A program made the position numbers and the translations under genes. DNA of 38,259 nucleotides from the NCBI GenBank assembly GCA_003857025.1, contig RPOO01000001.1, positions 1 to 38,259 of the forward strand, in the 5' to 3' direction. Below the pieces are notes generated by a model. The model saw nothing but the letters and a program-made list of their open reading frames with translations, did not search any database and was not told the origin of the DNA. The DNA is from Methanothrix sp. (GTDB lineage: Archaea > Halobacteriota > Methanosarcinia > Methanotrichales > Methanotrichaceae). This document shows, one piece after another, positions 35,211 through 38,259 of the stretch (the first letter of the stretch is position 1; every line of letters begins with the position of its first letter).

Positions 35211-35980
35211 TGCTTGGCCTCCGAAGAGCTCTTTGCACTCAGCTTTTGCAGGGAGGACTCTGTCCAAACAGTCAGTCTCCCGGCGTGAGTACCGGGTGCC
35301 AGCATCTCGGCATTCAGCTTCTCCACGGTGATGAAGTCCACACCGGGCAGATTCCTGGCTGCTTTGCCAAGACCGCTATCGGTTCCGGCGACGATGAGCA
35401 CGCTCTTTCGGCCCTTGAACTTCCTTCCCCGCAGCTTGCCCTTGCCGGCGCGAATATGCCTGCCGTCCTTCGCCCTCATGACATCGTCCCACAAGCCTGC
35501 TGCCACCAGGAACTTCTTGACGTCAACGGTCTTGTTGAGGGATTCCAGCGAGTCTTGTGCAACAACCGGCAGCTCTCGGGTGAACTTGTGACCGCGAGCG
35601 GCTACAAGCTCGGTGCAGGACGTTGCGGCTATGGCCGAGCGGATGGCTTTGCGCCTCTCCTTGATGTTTACCTTCTCGGTGTAATCGGCATTCGGCTGTG
35701 GTGCATGAGACCTGCGTCCGCCGACGGCCATGGGTATTCCCGCGGCCTTTCTGCCGTTCTTAATTCTGGGAACCCTGGAGACACCGTGTCCCGGACCCCA
35801 GGACTGGGCAGAGGTGTTCATGCCGGCGTAAAAGTGAGGACCGTAAGCCTGAAGCCGGTTGGCCTGAGCGGCCAAGACTGCCCTCTTGATCAGATCCGGC
35901 CTGTACTCCTCGTCGAAGACGGGAGGAAGCTCGACCTGACCGCTTGTATTTCCTGATAGATCAATGACATTTGCCTTCAT
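35207..35980 (-). CDS. rpl4: 50S ribosomal protein uL4
   Basis: [23 protein letters not shown] and [10 protein letters not shown]. Confidence 0.96.
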   Translation of the reverse strand: MKANVIDLSGNTSGQVELPPVFDEEYRPDLIKRAVLAAQANRLQAYGPHFYAGMNTSAQSWGPGHGVSRVPRIKNGRKAAGIPMAVGGRRSHAPQPNADYTEKVNIKERRKAIRSAIAATSCTELVAARGHKFTRELPVVAQDSLESLNKTVDVKKFLVAAGLWDDVMRAKDGRHIRAGKGKLRGRKFKGRKSVLIVAGTDSGLGKAARNLPGVDFITVEKLNAEMLAPGTHAGRLTVWTESSLQKLSAKSSSEAKQ

Positions 35981-35983
35981 CGC

Positions 35984-36982
35984 CTAGACCCCCTGTTTGG
36001 ATTCTTTGCTCACATAGAGGAACTCAGGCGCTTTCACGAAATTAGCTCCTGGTCTGACGGCATGTCTCATTCTGACCATTCTCTTGATCGGTCCGGGAAC
36101 GCTGCCCTTGATCAGGACGTACTGATTGCGCACCAGTCCGTAGCCGGGGAATCCGCCTTTGGGCGTTATCTCCGCGCCGTCGTTGCCGATGAACATGAGC
36201 CTCTTGTTGAATTCCGTCCTCTGGTGGTATCCCATCTGACCCAGCTGCGGTACGCGCCAGCTGATGTGCGCTGGATGCCAGGGACCCAAGTTTCCGACGT
36301 GGCGCACCTTGCCGGTGCGGGCGTGCTTTCTCTTGGCGATGGCAATGCCCCAGCGCCTGACCGGGCCCTGTGTTCCTTTGCCCTTGGTCACGGCGGAAGC
36401 ATCCAGCAAATCGCCCAGATCAAAGACGCTGGAGATAGGCACCTGCTGGCCCAGCAAATTCTGAGCGAACTTGAGCCTGTCCATCATGGAGCCGCCGTTG
36501 ACGGGCATCTCCATCAGCTCGGGAAGCTTCTTGGGAATTCCGGTGATGAGCATCGGATTGGTGTGTGCCAGAACTCTGACATCAACGATGTCCGAGCCTA
36601 TGGCTGCGAGATCGGATGTTCCGTGAGTCTTCTTGGGTACGGTAATGGTTCTGGCCAGATCGGGGCTGAGATTCTCGGCCCATGCCTCGCCAGCAGCCCG
36701 AAGGCCGCCATTGTAGCTCTCGTAGACTCGCACAGCCACGATGTTCATGGGAGGGACCTCCAGTACGGTGACGGGCACGGAGATCTCCATGCCCTCGGTG
36801 AGGCTCCTTGGTCTGTCGTCTATCATCATGACGTGGGTCATGCCGGCCTTGTAACCTGCAAAGCCTGCTATCCTGGCCTTATCCCCCTCAAGCCAGCTTC
36901 TGATTCTGGGAACCTCGCTCTTCGCCCGCTTTCTTGGGCTGTAGGATAGCGAACCTCTTCTTGGTCGATGTATCGTTGCCAT
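35984..36982 (-). CDS. rpl3: 50S ribosomal protein uL3
   Basis: RPRRGSL, GYKAGMTH and GQMGYHQRTEFNK. Confidence 0.96.
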   Translation of the reverse strand: MATIHRPRRGSLSYSPRKRAKSEVPRIRSWLEGDKARIAGFAGYKAGMTHVMMIDDRPRSLTEGMEISVPVTVLEVPPMNIVAVRVYESYNGGLRAAGEAWAENLSPDLARTITVPKKTHGTSDLAAIGSDIVDVRVLAHTNPMLITGIPKKLPELMEMPVNGGSMMDRLKFAQNLLGQQVPISSVFDLGDLLDASAVTKGKGTQGPVRRWGIAIAKRKHARTGKVRHVGNLGPWHPAHISWRVPQLGQMGYHQRTEFNKRLMFIGNDGAEITPKGGFPGYGLVRNQYVLIKGSVPGPIKRMVRMRHAVRPGANFVKAPEFLYVSKESKQGV

Positions 36983-37822
36983 TTAGTCCTCCATCTGCGC
37001 CAGGTTGAGCAATGCGAGCGTCGCGAAGACGGCCTCTTCAAGTCGAACCGTCTCTGTTCCCTGGTGCGGAATGGTGTTAATCATGTCATATCTGCCAATT
37101 GTTTCACAACTCAAGAACGCATCTACGCCTCGTGCGGGTGAGCCGAATACCACCACAAGATCGCGCTTCTGGCCCAATTGACCCATTTGCTGGAGGATTT
37201 CTGGCGTTATCGCCTTTCCTTTTATGGAGGTAAGAAGCACGGAGGCGACATCTTTCGATGCCAGGTAGCCTTCAAGGCTGTCCACTACTTCGGTTTCAAA
37301 CCCCCAGTAATGAGGGATATCCTTCTGGTCCACTGGCTCAGCGGCGAGCGGGTTATGCGAAAAGATTCTGACACTTAGGCGCTGCCCCACCGAGTACCTA
37401 CCCACGGTGCGGAGGGGAATTGGGCGATCGATTCCGATTTCCACCCATACGCCGCCATCAGATCCGACGCTTTCAACGACTGCTCCGACGCGAAACTCGC
37501 CAATCTTGAGCGATTCCGATTTTGAGTTTATTGGATGATGAGGAGTGCGCAGCGGCGGCAGAACTCCCACATGGCGAAGCTCCTCCCTGCGGGGGATGAG
37601 CATTCGACGCAGGTACTGCGGGGTATCCATGTAACGCAGCACCATTGTGATAAACCGCGTGTCATTGAACTCGGGATCTCGGTAGATCACGATGCGGTTC
37701 ATGCGGAAGACTGCGGCTGCCCTAGCGATCAAGCCAACCTTGAGCGTATTTACGCGCCCATCCCTACTCTCCATTGTGAGAGAGGACGGGATTACAATGG
37801 CTCTCTCGCGGCATCCGGTCAT
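36983..37822 (-). CDS. SPOUT-family RNA methyltransferase (DUF171/MTH1-like)
   Basis: IARAAAVF, TPQYLR, GVLPPL, VVFGSP and NTIPHQGTETVRLEEA; conserved position upstream of rpl3. Confidence 0.9.
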   Translation of the reverse strand: MTGCRERAIVIPSSLTMESRDGRVNTLKVGLIARAAAVFRMNRIVIYRDPEFNDTRFITMVLRYMDTPQYLRRMLIPRREELRHVGVLPPLRTPHHPINSKSESLKIGEFRVGAVVESVGSDGGVWVEIGIDRPIPLRTVGRYSVGQRLSVRIFSHNPLAAEPVDQKDIPHYWGFETEVVDSLEGYLASKDVASVLLTSIKGKAITPEILQQMGQLGQKRDLVVVFGSPARGVDAFLSCETIGRYDMINTIPHQGTETVRLEEAVFATLALLNLAQMED

Positions 37823-37850
37823 CAGGTTTCCATCCTCTGAAGATGGTAGA

Positions 37851-37866
37851 TATATAAAAAGGTTTG
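37851..37866 (-). promoter_or_regulatory. TATA box of the ribosomal superoperon
   Basis: Minus strand reads CAAACC-TTTTTATATA, about 28 nt upstream of ATG 37822. Confidence 0.6.
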
Positions 37867-37881
37867 GAGAAAAGAAATGGA

Positions 37882-38259
37882 CTAGCGATCAACTGAACGC
37901 GAGTCAGGATCAACTTGCGGGAAGGCTTCATTGAGCAATCTTTTGCCGTCATCCTTCTGGTAAGCCTCAGCCACATCCTTCAGCAGGGCTTCGAGCTTTT
38001 TCTTGGTGTAGCCAAGTTCCGACGCCATGTCGGAGAGAACTTTAAAATCGCTTGGGGCGTCCCTATGGCCAATGGACGCATCCACGAAGCAGCAAAGGGC
38101 CACAAGTCTTAGCCCTTCTTGCACCCGACCCTGCTCCCAAGCGAGAATACCTAGCTGGTGGAATGTCGCTGCTTCACCCACACGATCACCGATTTGCTGC
38201 AGGATCCTTATGGCCATCAGACACATCTCACGTGCAGCATGCTGATATCCTTCAAACAT
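37882..38259 (-). CDS. C-terminal part of a TPR-containing protein (probably truncated by the window edge)
   Basis: IGDRVGEAATFHQLGILAWEQG TPR-like helix pair; frame open to the end of the window. Confidence 0.7.
   Translation of the reverse strand: MFEGYQHAAREMCLMAIRILQQIGDRVGEAATFHQLGILAWEQGRVQEGLRLVALCCFVDASIGHRDAPSDFKVLSDMASELGYTKKKLEALLKDVAEAYQKDDGKRLLNEAFPQVDPDSRSVDR

Noticed and set aside
22341-36949. Long plus-strand ORFs opposite ribosomal genes (e.g. 29245-30138, 33980-35020, 36062-36949)
   Set aside because: These are antisense shadows of strongly biased, conserved genes, with no recognisable motifs.

Overview
This is an archaeal methanogen chromosome segment. Gene content and style suggest Methanomicrobia, most likely a Methanothrix-like organism (inference, no search run). 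Right half (21.8-37.8 kb, minus strand): the S10/spc ribosomal protein superoperon, running SPOUT methyltransferase, uL3 through uL15 with RNase P subunit Rpp29, then secY, DUF106/EMC3, cmk and cbf5. It ends in an intron-containing tRNA-Ser(GGA); adk is missing from its usual slot. Left half, in order: the tail of a probable IS1634-type element; an operon resembling a complete trans-membrane thiol-disulfide relay (secreted thioredoxin, redoxin-CcdA fusion, small thioredoxin, PGF-CTERM surface protein); two secreted proteins sharing an LWxWG motif; Thg1-like protein, CdpB1-like PRC-barrel protein and PolX; a tandem pair of cobalamin-domain radical SAM enzymes (candidate tetraether-lipid modifiers); a secreted cupin and an HExxH protein; two P-type ATPases (one apparently CTG-initiated); an arsR-permease-thioredoxin-DGC cassette; a secreted rhodanese lacking its catalytic Cys; and two unlisted single-TM microproteins. 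Many spacers are built from back-to-back, drifting 11-17 bp tandem duplications, which also enter coding regions in frame as 15-mers.
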